Shown one piece after another: positions 46,388 through 55,733 of a DNA stretch of 64,000 bases (the first letter of the stretch is position 1; each line of letters starts with the position of its first letter). The position numbers and the translations under genes were made by a program. The DNA comes from Ignavibacteriota bacterium (GTDB lineage Bacteria; Bacteroidota; Ignavibacteria; UBA10030; UBA6906). The stretch is taken from positions 42,708 through 106,707 of the forward strand of contig CAVVZZ010000011.1 of NCBI GenBank assembly GCA_963752915.1, given 5' to 3'. Under the pieces are notes generated by a model. The model saw nothing but the letters and a program-made list of their open reading frames with translations. It searched no databases and was not told the origin of the DNA.

Positions 46388-46540
46388 TCTGTCCCGTTCA
46401 GGCGATTATGTGGATTCTCTGAGGATTTCTTCGATATCGCGTCCATATATTATTCTGGAGGGGTGTTGCTTGGGAATTGTTTTTTTCCTTCTCTTCAGAG
46501 CATCGAAACCACTCATCGTCCCATTTCTGAATGCCCCCCG

Positions 46541-47056
46541 ATGCCTGGAAGGTTTCGATCATTTGCAATTTCGGTCCTGCTGCTGACCATTTTCGGATGC
46601 AACCAGGAACTGGGTCCTCTGCACGAACCGTCCGGCTTCAGTGGCGTGATACGATTCCGCCACTGGCCTCCGGCCGACAGTATTCGTGAGATGCGCCTTG
46701 TTGCATTTACGGAGCTTCCGACAGACAGCGCCGGCGTCATCCCATCGCTCATCGCGGGGAAGGCTGCCGTCTATCCGCCGGTAACGCAGGACTATATTCC
46801 TGCATTGGTCGATAGTTTCCCCTTCGAATTCACGACCGAATCCGGTACGAACCTCCAGGTCGCCGAATATCCGTACGTCGCGGTGATGTATCAATACGGT
46901 CCGAATATTCTTTCAGACTGGCGGCCGGCCGGGGTGTATGCCGCCGGGACTGGTTCCGTTGATCCCACGCCCGTTCGCGTGCTCCTGCATCGCATCGCTC
47001 CCGGCATCGACATCGACGTGGACTTTAGCCATCTTCCTCCGATCCCATGGCGATGA
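46541..47056 (+). CDS. hypothetical lipoprotein upstream of a TonB-dependent receptor
   Basis: Start re-set to 'MPGRFRSFAISVLLLTIFGCNQE' (lipobox 'IFGC'). Overlaps the receptor start by 10 bp. Confidence 0.4.
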   Translation: MPGRFRSFAISVLLLTIFGCNQELGPLHEPSGFSGVIRFRHWPPADSIREMRLVAFTELPTDSAGVIPSLIAGKAAVYPPVTQDYIPALVDSFPFEFTTESGTNLQVAEYPYVAVMYQYGPNILSDWRPAGVYAAGTGSVDPTPVRVLLHRIAPGIDIDVDFSHLPPIPWR

Positions 47057-49245
47057 ACGCGAGTCGGCTCTTTCCCTTAACGCTTCTTTTGATGTGGCTA
47101 TCGGCGACCGCGCACCCCGGTTCGATAGGAGGGCGGGTCAGGTCGGATGTCGACCATCAGGCCATCGCCGGCGTTCGCATTCTCTTGCAGGGCACCGTGC
47201 GGGGCGCGACCTCGGATGCACAGGGCGGGTTCCGCATTCCTGACGTCTCAGCCGGGATCTACACCGTCACGTTCTCGATGGTCGGCTACCAGCGAAGAGT
47301 CGTTTCCGGCGTCGTCGTCCGCGACACAGGGGAGGTCAACCTGGACGTAAGCATGACGGAGGCGCCGATCCAAACGGATCAGATCGTCGTCACGGCAAAC
47401 AAAAGGGAGCAGTCACTGGATGAAGTGCCCGCCAGCATCTCTGTCGTCGATGCGGTTGCTATTGCGCGACGCAATGCCCAGTCCATCGATCAGGCACTGC
47501 GCTATGTTCCAGGAGTAAACATCACCGGCACCCAGGTGAATATCCGCGGGTTCAGCGGTTACAGTCTCGGCGCCGGAAGTCGTGTTCTGATGCTCCTGGA
47601 TGGGATTCCGTTTATCGCCGGCGATACCGGCGAATTGAATTTTGAATCGATCCCGATGGAAGAGGTGGAGCGCATCGAAGTGGTGAAAGGAGCAAGCTCT
47701 GCGTTGTACGGGTCCAATGCGCTCGGGGGAGTGATCAATCTCATCACCAAGCCGATCCCCGAGGGTGAAGCGACGACGGTCCGGATGTACGGAGGCCTCT
47801 ACAGCAATTTTCCCGACCAGTCGTGGCAATGGTCCGCTCGTAACCGGTTTCTCTCCGGGGAGTCGATCACCCATACCCATCGCGAGGGGAACATCGGATT
47901 ATCGCTCTATTTGTCTCATCAATCCGACGACGGGTACAGGCAGAACGATTATCACCAGCGCTTCAGCATTCTTGTGCGCACGAAAGAGTATTTTGCGTCA
48001 TCGACCTCCCTCGCGCTCAACTTCGGTCTGGTTCATCAGAATGCCGGTCAGTTCCTCTACTGGCGGAACATCGATTCAGCCCTGATCCCACCGCGGGGAC
48101 ATGGAGCAGACAACGAGACCTCCACGCGATATTTCCTCAGCGGACTTTCAAGTATTGCGATCTCGGACCATCTGCTCCTTACCACGAAGGTCCTCTGGTA
48201 CCATAATGAGTGGGGAGTGGAACAGACCGGGCAGGATTCCCGCACCGGCTCGCTTGCCGATGATCTTCGACTCGAAGTCCTTTCGACCATTCTACCGTCG
48301 GACCTGCATACCGTTACGGTTGGTGTGACGGGGAGCCTTGATCTCATCGGAGGGGACATCTTCGCCCAACAGACCCTTGGCGGGTTTGCCGTGTACGGGC
48401 AGGACGAGGTGAAAGTATCGGAAAAGGTGACGGTGACGGCCGGGATGCGTTTTGACTTTCAAACGGTGGGGCTTACCAGTGACGGGGGACAGCTCAATCC
48501 GAAGATCGGAATGACGTATCGCCCCTCGGAAGGGACGTCACTCCGCGCGTCGTTCAGTCAGGGATTCAGAGTCCCCTCCCTTCCGGAGGCATTTGTGGCG
48601 GCAGGGAGTTCGGGCGTGATCGCTGTTCCGAACCCCGACCTCCGGCCGGAGAAAAGCACATCATATGAGCTCGGAATGTCGCAAACGGTCGGCGAGACCG
48701 GCATCCTCGATCTCGCAGCATTCAGATCAGACATCAACAATTTGATTGAGCCGGGGCTTATTGTCTCCGGTTCGGATCTCGAGGTCCAGTGGAGGAACGT
48801 TACCCGTGCGAGGATCCAGGGAGTGGAGACCTCATTCAAGCTGGGACTGCTTGGCAAGTTGATCACGACAGAAGTCGGCTACACGTATTCGTACCCCCAG
48901 GACCTTACCTTGCATCAGATCCTCAAATATCGACCCCGACATGTTCTCTACTGGAACGGACGGACACAGATCGGTTGGTTCTCCGCTGATATCGACTTCC
49001 GGTTCATCAGCAGGGTAGATCAGATCGATGACGAATTGATTCTCACCGGGATCATCCCGGACGGAGATCAACGCGTCCCAATCTATGTTACGGACGCGCG
49101 GCTCGGGGCCGACGTGACGGTCGCGGGAATTCCGCTCAGCCTGACGTTCAGCATCAACAACTTGTTTCAGCACCGCTATGTCGAGCTTATCGGGAACGTC
49201 ATGCCCCCGAGGAATTACGTTCTGGTTCTTCAGACTCGCCTTTAG
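47047..49245 (+). CDS. TonB-dependent outer-membrane receptor with N-terminal CarboxypepD_reg-like domain
   Basis: Signal peptide. 'IGGRVRSDVDHQAIAGVRILLQGTVRGATSDAQGGFRIPDVSAGIYTVTFSMVGY' (CarbopepD_reg). Plug-domain 'DQIVVTANKREQSLDEVPASISVV...LRYVPGVNI...IRGF'. 'IEVVKGASSALYGSNALGGVINLITK'. Confidence 0.75.
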   Translation: MAMNASRLFPLTLLLMWLSATAHPGSIGGRVRSDVDHQAIAGVRILLQGTVRGATSDAQGGFRIPDVSAGIYTVTFSMVGYQRRVVSGVVVRDTGEVNLDVSMTEAPIQTDQIVVTANKREQSLDEVPASISVVDAVAIARRNAQSIDQALRYVPGVNITGTQVNIRGFSGYSLGAGSRVLMLLDGIPFIAGDTGELNFESIPMEEVERIEVVKGASSALYGSNALGGVINLITKPIPEGEATTVRMYGGLYSNFPDQSWQWSARNRFLSGESITHTHREGNIGLSLYLSHQSDDGYRQNDYHQRFSILVRTKEYFASSTSLALNFGLVHQNAGQFLYWRNIDSALIPPRGHGADNETSTRYFLSGLSSIAISDHLLLTTKVLWYHNEWGVEQTGQDSRTGSLADDLRLEVLSTILPSDLHTVTVGVTGSLDLIGGDIFAQQTLGGFAVYGQDEVKVSEKVTVTAGMRFDFQTVGLTSDGGQLNPKIGMTYRPSEGTSLRASFSQGFRVPSLPEAFVAAGSSGVIAVPNPDLRPEKSTSYELGMSQTVGETGILDLAAFRSDINNLIEPGLIVSGSDLEVQWRNVTRARIQGVETSFKLGLLGKLITTEVGYTYSYPQDLTLHQILKYRPRHVLYWNGRTQIGWFSADIDFRFISRVDQIDDELILTGIIPDGDQRVPIYVTDARLGADVTVAGIPLSLTFSINNLFQHRYVELIGNVMPPRNYVLVLQTRL

Positions 49246-49338
49246 GTCCGGGGTCGTTCCTGGTGGGAATCATGTCGGGGCCCGTTAAACGCAGGAGCGG
49301 TTTGATTGGTCACAAGAGAAAAGGGCCACCCGCTCCCG

Positions 49339-52164
49339 ATGATACGATTTCCGCTCCTCTTTCTGCTTGCCCTGTTCTTCTGGTCGCCTGCCGCAGCCCA
49401 ATCCAACTCCATTCGAGGTCGAATCGTCGACAATAGCAGGAAAAGCCTGACGGGTGTCCATGTTCGTTTGGTCTCTCTCAACGACACTTCTGCAGCGACC
49501 ACCGTCCCCACCGGACCGGACGGCGTATTCTCGTTTTCGGATATCGCCCCGGGGGAATACCGTCTTGATGTTACTGCCATCGGCCGCAAATCGATCTCGA
49601 GGAAAATCAGTCTCCGACAATCGCCCGTCGATCTGGGCGACCTCATTCTTGGGGAAATTCCGATTGCGCTCGGCGAAGTCCTCATCCAACGGTCGGCTCC
49701 AGCGGCCGTTTTGTCAGGAGACACGACGGAATACCTTGGGTCTTCGATCAAGGTAAACCGCGATGCAACGACCGAAGACATGTTGACCAAGATGCCCGGC
49801 GTCACCGTGTCGAACGGACAGGTCAGTTCCGGTGGCGAAACGATCCAGAGAGTGCTCGTTGACGGAAAGCCGTTCTTTGGAGACGATCCGACCCTTGCCA
49901 TCCGGAACTTGCCGGCGGAAGTGGTCGACAAGATCCAGGTCTTCGACCAGATGAGCGATCAGGCGCAATTCACGGGATTCGATGATGGACAGTCCGTGAA
50001 GGCGATGAACATCATTACACGACGGCGCGGCAGGAACCTGGATTTTGGGAAATTGGCATCAGGCTTTGGAGAGAATGAGCGGTACGAAGCGGGTGGGAAC
50101 GTCCACCTGTTCGATGGAGACAGGCGAATCTCCATCCTCGGGCTCTCGAATAATGTCAACGATCAAAACTTCTCGATGCAGGATATTCTGGGCGTGATTT
50201 CCCGGAACAACCAGGTCCGGGCGCCAGGCATGGGTCAACGACGGGGTGGCTCGGGCGGCGGGCCGGGTGGCGGCGGGTTCGGATCCAATCAATCGAGTCC
50301 GTTCGTGCGGGCTGGCAATTCGTATGGCTTGGCAAACCTGGTCGGACAGCAGCAGGGGATCAACACAACCCACATGATCGGCGCAAACTACTCGGACACG
50401 GTAACGTCGGGAGTATTTACACAGCTCAGCTATTTCTTCAATCGGGTGGACAACGCCAATCTGCAGTCGGACAATCGGCAGTACCTCCTCGGTGGAGACT
50501 CCACAAGTCTCTATGATCAGAATTCCAATGTCCAAGGAAAAAACTTCAACAACAGGTTTACGGGGCGTGTCGACTATACCATCGACCCTTCCGATATCGT
50601 CACCTTTCTGCCCCAGTTCTATTTCCAGAACAACCGGACGCTCAACGACCTTGCGGCGGTAACGACACTCAACACCGCGATGACGGAATCTCAGACGAAC
50701 ACGGATGCTTCCAACAACGGATACAATCTTTCCGGACATCTTGTCTACAGGCATCGCTTCGATCTTCCCGGCCGGACGATGTCGCTCGACGTCGGGGCGA
50801 GCGGGAATCGCAAACAGACGACCACGTTGCTGGCGGCTTCGGACGTGTACCAGCTTGCCGCTTCGGCGAATGACAGCCTTGCCCAACACGCCGGAATCGT
50901 CTCGCAATCGAACACCATCAGTGCGAACCTGGCATACACCGAGCCGGTGAGTGTGGACGGACTCGTCGAGGTGAACTATTCGCCGTCACTGACGCACAGC
51001 ACATCGAACAAAGACACGTATGATCTCGATCGCATCGCCATGCTGTACTCGATTCCCAACCTCGCATTGTCGAATGCGTACGCAAACGACTATCTCACCC
51101 AGAGTGCCGGCGTGGGGTACCGATGGCGTGGCTCATCGATCAATCTGATGACAAATCTCGCATACCAGGTGGCCGAACTCCGGAGTGAAAACTCTGTCGC
51201 CGGTGCCGACCTTTCGAAGCGATTTGCCACGTTTCTCCCGAGCGCCTTGCTGATGTACACCCTTCCGGACCACCGCACGCTGCGTGTCTTCTTCCGGACG
51301 TTCACCAGTGCCCCGACAGTAACGCAACTTCAACGGGTCGTCGACAACTCGAACCCGCTGCTTGTCAGCACCGGGAATCCCGATCTTCTGCAAACGACCT
51401 CCCATTCGTTGCTCGCCCGGTATGCGCTGACCACTCCTGACCGCGTACACAGCATGTTTCTCCTTCTCGCGGGGACGCAGACGAGCAACTATATCGCGAA
51501 CGCGACGATTATTCCTCAGAAGGATACGATACTTTCCGACGGCACGAAGGTGGCGCGAGGAACGCAACTGGCATATCCGGTGAATCTCAACGGGTACTGG
51601 AATGCCCGTTCGTTCTTCACCTACGGATTTCCATTTCAGCTCCTCGGCAGCACGCTCAACCTGAATTCCGGCGTCTCATTCACGAGAACGCCTGCGATGG
51701 TGAACAGCGTCCGCAGTATCGGAAACGCTGTCGGTCTGAGCGGCGGATTCGTTCTGGGGAGCAACGTCAGTGAGGATTTCGACTTCACGATATCGTATTC
51801 CGGGAGCTACACAATCTCGTCCAACACACAGCAGACCGACGCCAACAGTAACTACTATTCTCACACGGCGTCACTCCGCTGGGTATGGTATTTCTTGGGC
51901 GGTTTCGTTTTGAGGAACGATGTGACCAGCGCTTACACTGGCGGACTCTCTCAAGGATTCAATCAAAACTCGGTCCTCTGGGATGTGAGCATGGCCAGGA
52001 AGTTCTTCGCGGAAGACCGCGGTGAACTGAAGGTCGGTGTAACTGATGTCCTCGGGCAGAACAAAAGCGTCAACCGCTCCATCAGTGGCACCTACATCGA
52101 CGATACGCAAAATGAAGTGCTGACCAGGTATTTCATGATGACGTTCACGTATACGATCAGGTAG
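49339..52164 (+). CDS. outer-membrane beta-barrel protein (TonB-dependent-receptor-like, OMP_b-brl_3 type) with CarboxypepD_reg N-domain
   Basis: Start re-set to 'MIRFPLLFLLALFFWSPAAAQ'. 'IRGRIVDNSRKSLTGVHVRLVSLND...DGVFSFSDIAPGEYRLDVTAIGR'. Plug-like 'DMLTKMPGVTVSNGQ...IQRVLVDGKPFFGDD'. Gly-rich linker 'RRGGSGGGPGGGGFG'. Long beta-rich body. Confidence 0.6.
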   Translation: MIRFPLLFLLALFFWSPAAAQSNSIRGRIVDNSRKSLTGVHVRLVSLNDTSAATTVPTGPDGVFSFSDIAPGEYRLDVTAIGRKSISRKISLRQSPVDLGDLILGEIPIALGEVLIQRSAPAAVLSGDTTEYLGSSIKVNRDATTEDMLTKMPGVTVSNGQVSSGGETIQRVLVDGKPFFGDDPTLAIRNLPAEVVDKIQVFDQMSDQAQFTGFDDGQSVKAMNIITRRRGRNLDFGKLASGFGENERYEAGGNVHLFDGDRRISILGLSNNVNDQNFSMQDILGVISRNNQVRAPGMGQRRGGSGGGPGGGGFGSNQSSPFVRAGNSYGLANLVGQQQGINTTHMIGANYSDTVTSGVFTQLSYFFNRVDNANLQSDNRQYLLGGDSTSLYDQNSNVQGKNFNNRFTGRVDYTIDPSDIVTFLPQFYFQNNRTLNDLAAVTTLNTAMTESQTNTDASNNGYNLSGHLVYRHRFDLPGRTMSLDVGASGNRKQTTTLLAASDVYQLAASANDSLAQHAGIVSQSNTISANLAYTEPVSVDGLVEVNYSPSLTHSTSNKDTYDLDRIAMLYSIPNLALSNAYANDYLTQSAGVGYRWRGSSINLMTNLAYQVAELRSENSVAGADLSKRFATFLPSALLMYTLPDHRTLRVFFRTFTSAPTVTQLQRVVDNSNPLLVSTGNPDLLQTTSHSLLARYALTTPDRVHSMFLLLAGTQTSNYIANATIIPQKDTILSDGTKVARGTQLAYPVNLNGYWNARSFFTYGFPFQLLGSTLNLNSGVSFTRTPAMVNSVRSIGNAVGLSGGFVLGSNVSEDFDFTISYSGSYTISSNTQQTDANSNYYSHTASLRWVWYFLGGFVLRNDVTSAYTGGLSQGFNQNSVLWDVSMARKFFAEDRGELKVGVTDVLGQNKSVNRSISGTYIDDTQNEVLTRYFMMTFTYTIR

Positions 52165-52176
52165 CGGCGGTGCTCC

Positions 52177-55100
52177 TCACAGCCTGATCTTCACAAACAC
52201 TACCTCGTAGGGCCTCACTTCCGCGGTGTATCCGAGAGACCGGATATTTTCTCCAAGCGCATTGACCAGCGTTACCGAGCTCGCTTTGCCCCCTGTGGCG
52301 AATTCGGCGAGGTGGATCGATGTCGGTCGACCGTCCGTTTCCCGCAATTGAAGGACGATCCCCTGACCATCCTGAGATGGGATGGCACTGATCAAGAGAA
52401 TGTTCTTGGGGAGTGACTCAAGAAATGATCGCGATGTGCGTGTTCCTGTACCTGCGAGGGCAGGAAGGACTCGTGCAACGAGCGGCACCCGCGAGCCCCA
52501 CCCGAATTGTGTGGCAAAGCTGTTTGATGTATCGGCCGAGGAGGTGAGGTAGTACCCCCAGTGGAGCTCGCCGTCTTCCTCAGCGACGAAATTTGTCGTC
52601 CAATAATTATTCATCGGCCAGGAGAACATATAGGGGTGGTCGACTCGTGCCACTCTTTGGAATTTTCCGGTGTTGATGTCGCCGAATTGGAACAGCGGAC
52701 ATTCGTCGCTTCCGATGACGATCTGGCCAGTATTCCCGCGAACAGCGGCAAAATTCTGGACGGTCTGCCAGTCAGAGGAAGATCCCGGAATTTGTGTTAC
52801 GCCCGGAATCACAACGCCGCCCTGGGCATCGTAGCGGATGGTCCCGCCAGGAGACCTGAATGGAAATGCGACGTAGAGCGCTTCAGGATCCGTGATCGGG
52901 CGTTTCATCGCGGTGAAAAGGACCTCGATGCGCTTCTGTGTATTGAACAATCGGACTTCGCATGTCACTCCCTCGGGACCATAGCATGCGTCCGTGTGAC
53001 CTGCGAATACGATACTCCTCCAAATGCTTCCGTTCGTCTTTGATTTGAAATGCACGTCCGAGAGGGTGGTCCGATTGTATCCCACCAACTTGAACTGCGC
53101 CATCTGATCTCTGTCCGTCAGCGTCTCCCGGATGAATTCTCCGGCTCCCCATGTCGATGTCGCGTCAATCAATTCGGTCTTTTGCTCCTTGTCGTAGATG
53201 CTCCGTATCGAACCCTTCTGGAGGTCAAGGATGATGCGATAATAGCGGTTGTCGAGAACCGTTGACGAATCTTGATTGGTGGGGAGTGGTCCTGCCTGTT
53301 CAGCAGTTGTATCAATGCGAAATGTGGTAAAGCCGAGGGGAGGGACATGTGGGGCCCAAAGTGCCCAGTACGTTCCATCGGCTCTGCGTGCCAGGCGTTG
53401 GACAGGCACGGTGTTCCCGCGATCATCAACAATGCGGAATTCATGATCCGGTTGAATAATCTGATTATCGATATACGCGGTGACCAAACCGGATCGTTGC
53501 CAGCACAGGGTGTTGAAGACAGACAGCGATGGGGTAGTGAGGGATGGCAAATGTCCCTGGAGCATGCCAAGGCCGCATTCCCGCAGGATGGCCGCGCTTT
53601 TGACGGCTTCCCACACATAGGCACGCTTCTCTGACCACTGGACCTCGGAGTTCTCCACGAGAGGGTCGGTAATACTTTCAGCCGCTCCAAATGTATGTTC
53701 GTCATAAAACAGGAGTTTCTCATTGATCGCATCCACGTCGCCGAGGACTTTCGGCGGGATAGAATTCCCCGCAAGTCTGGCCATCGCCAGCAGGCCCTCG
53801 TCGGCGATCATCCCCGCCTGCGCGCGACGTGCCGCGGCGGTTTCTCTGGGAGCGGATGCCGTCCCGTCAGTCCACCAGTCAGGCCACGCAGCGCGAATGT
53901 GGGCGATCGTTTGAGACTGTTCCTTTTCAACATATTGGGGAAATTCTCCGTCCGTAGCGTTCCGCAGGTGAGGCCAGAGGTATTTTTTGTTCCACGCCTC
54001 GATAACGCGACATCCGGCTGTCGACGGCGGAGAGTTGTCTGTGTAATATCCTGAATACTGCACTGCGACACGGTCGAAGGGGTAGTCCTGCGTTTCGAGT
54101 CCATGAAGATATTGGAACATCGCGGGTTCCACGATATCGAGCTGGCCCCGTTCGATCCCCATGAAGTTCCCCGTCATGTAGTGGTCTGCGCGAAAGACCA
54201 GCAGTTTGTTTCCCGAAGGGGATTCCCACCAGAACGAAGTCGGAATATTGAATGGCCGCAGCGCGCGATCCGGGTTTTCTCCCATGGTCAGATACCGGAT
54301 GCCGAGACCGTGGAAATAGTCGACCAGGCACCACGCAGCACCGTTGACGTCGTCCTGCATTGCGGTCTTCACGGGGATGCCCATCTGGCGAAGCTGGAGG
54401 ATCGGTTTGAGGAACGAGACATACGAGTTCTCGTCCGGGAGCTCGGACATGTTGAACATCATCGCTGTAACCTCGATCCGTCCCTCTCTGATGCGCCGGA
54501 GGAGTCGTTCCACCTGTTGATGCGGCCGGCATTGCACATACTGGCTTACGGGCCACGACGCCTCGCACGTCCAACGGAACTTCGCATCGTCCGGCAAGCT
54601 GTCCGTTTGATCGCAGTAATCCAGCGCGTAATCAATGAACCGAAGATGTTCTGGGAGAATCTCCGTCTGTGGCCGCGTATAGCCAATATCGGTGTGGGCA
54701 TGCTCGACCATATAGACCGTCCATTTCCGGACCGGCCTCTGCACAAAGGGGAGAAGAGGAAGTGTAACGCCATCGAGAACGACCTTCAGGCTTTGCATCT
54801 GTTCCCTGGCTGAACCTGGAACCTTCACAATGATGCGATTAAAACCAAATCGCAGACCGGAATGAACTTCCGTTCCAGTCATGGGACGAATCGAGACGTT
54901 CCCTGACTCGTGAAGCCGAGTGATGTCGACATAGACCGGCTGCAAACCAGCACCACTGTCGCGAAGCAATGCGTCTTGGGGGTTGACAATTATTGTATCG
55001 TGAAGAGTGTGCTGGAATGTCATGTACCACGTTCTGGATCCTGCAGATTCTCCCTGAACCCGGATTTGGAGCGGCTTCCCTGGTGTCAGCAACACTTTCG

Positions 55101-55557
55101 GGACGGTGAGGAACGCATACCCGAACAGATCGTTGTTTTTGTCGACGAGCGTTCTCGAAAATCGCATGACTGATCCGTTCCCTGCCCGTACGCTCCAAGT
55201 CGTCCTGGATAAATCCTCCGGCCGTTCGAACGTCAACCAGTAGGTTCCTTCCACATAGAGATGAAACGGTCGGACTTCGAGGTTTCCGTTGAGTCCGAAA
55301 ACCCAGACGAAGGTGGCCGAGTCCCTTGAAAAGGCTGCTGGCACGGGCGCTGTTTCCCATTCAATCGCGTTCGCGGAATCGAGGGATCGCACAAGCAGCG
55401 CTGAGTTCGCGTCCGGCTGACAGGAGGGGTATTCGAGAACGGGACCTTTCAGCGTCCCGGCATAGCCGCTGAGCAACACCTCATTATTTCCCTCCGCAAA
55501 GGCCAGGCTTGCACTCAGGCACATCACGGTCAAGAGAATGGCGCTCGATCGAAGCAT
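52177..55557 (-). CDS. secreted glycoside hydrolase family 38-like alpha-mannosidase
   Basis: Start re-set to the signal-peptide Met ('MLRSSAILLTVMCLSASLAFAEG', ATG at 55557). GH38 N-terminal metal-binding motif 'VYMVEHAHTDIGYT' (cf. 'HSHNDPGW'). About 1100 aa. No T9SS CTD. Confidence 0.65.
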   Translation of the reverse strand: MLRSSAILLTVMCLSASLAFAEGNNEVLLSGYAGTLKGPVLEYPSCQPDANSALLVRSLDSANAIEWETAPVPAAFSRDSATFVWVFGLNGNLEVRPFHLYVEGTYWLTFERPEDLSRTTWSVRAGNGSVMRFSRTLVDKNNDLFGYAFLTVPKVLLTPGKPLQIRVQGESAGSRTWYMTFQHTLHDTIIVNPQDALLRDSGAGLQPVYVDITRLHESGNVSIRPMTGTEVHSGLRFGFNRIIVKVPGSAREQMQSLKVVLDGVTLPLLPFVQRPVRKWTVYMVEHAHTDIGYTRPQTEILPEHLRFIDYALDYCDQTDSLPDDAKFRWTCEASWPVSQYVQCRPHQQVERLLRRIREGRIEVTAMMFNMSELPDENSYVSFLKPILQLRQMGIPVKTAMQDDVNGAAWCLVDYFHGLGIRYLTMGENPDRALRPFNIPTSFWWESPSGNKLLVFRADHYMTGNFMGIERGQLDIVEPAMFQYLHGLETQDYPFDRVAVQYSGYYTDNSPPSTAGCRVIEAWNKKYLWPHLRNATDGEFPQYVEKEQSQTIAHIRAAWPDWWTDGTASAPRETAAARRAQAGMIADEGLLAMARLAGNSIPPKVLGDVDAINEKLLFYDEHTFGAAESITDPLVENSEVQWSEKRAYVWEAVKSAAILRECGLGMLQGHLPSLTTPSLSVFNTLCWQRSGLVTAYIDNQIIQPDHEFRIVDDRGNTVPVQRLARRADGTYWALWAPHVPPLGFTTFRIDTTAEQAGPLPTNQDSSTVLDNRYYRIILDLQKGSIRSIYDKEQKTELIDATSTWGAGEFIRETLTDRDQMAQFKLVGYNRTTLSDVHFKSKTNGSIWRSIVFAGHTDACYGPEGVTCEVRLFNTQKRIEVLFTAMKRPITDPEALYVAFPFRSPGGTIRYDAQGGVVIPGVTQIPGSSSDWQTVQNFAAVRGNTGQIVIGSDECPLFQFGDINTGKFQRVARVDHPYMFSWPMNNYWTTNFVAEEDGELHWGYYLTSSADTSNSFATQFGWGSRVPLVARVLPALAGTGTRTSRSFLESLPKNILLISAIPSQDGQGIVLQLRETDGRPTSIHLAEFATGGKASSVTLVNALGENIRSLGYTAEVRPYEVVFVKIRL

Positions 55558-55733
55558 GAGAATCTCAAATGAAGTGAGAGATAAGGGGGTCCGGTGAATA
55601 TTCGATACGGCAAGTAACATACTTCTGAGGATCGCGAAAGTCAATCGTTTCCCCGGCGCTGTGTCCGGATGGTTGAATGTTACACTATTTGTTGCAACAT
55701 TCGAAGAACCCCTCACCTCCCACTGACTTTCCA

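Noticed and set aside
50059-50907. 282-aa minus-strand ORF inside the OM beta-barrel gene
   Set aside because: It is antisense to a gene with clear CarboxypepD_reg and plug motifs and is an Arg-rich artefact.
53927-55360. Several 170-240-aa ORFs on both strands within the GH38 region
   Set aside because: The minus-strand 1185-aa frame carries the GH38 'HAHTDIGYT' motif and is continuous. The others are out-of-frame shadows.
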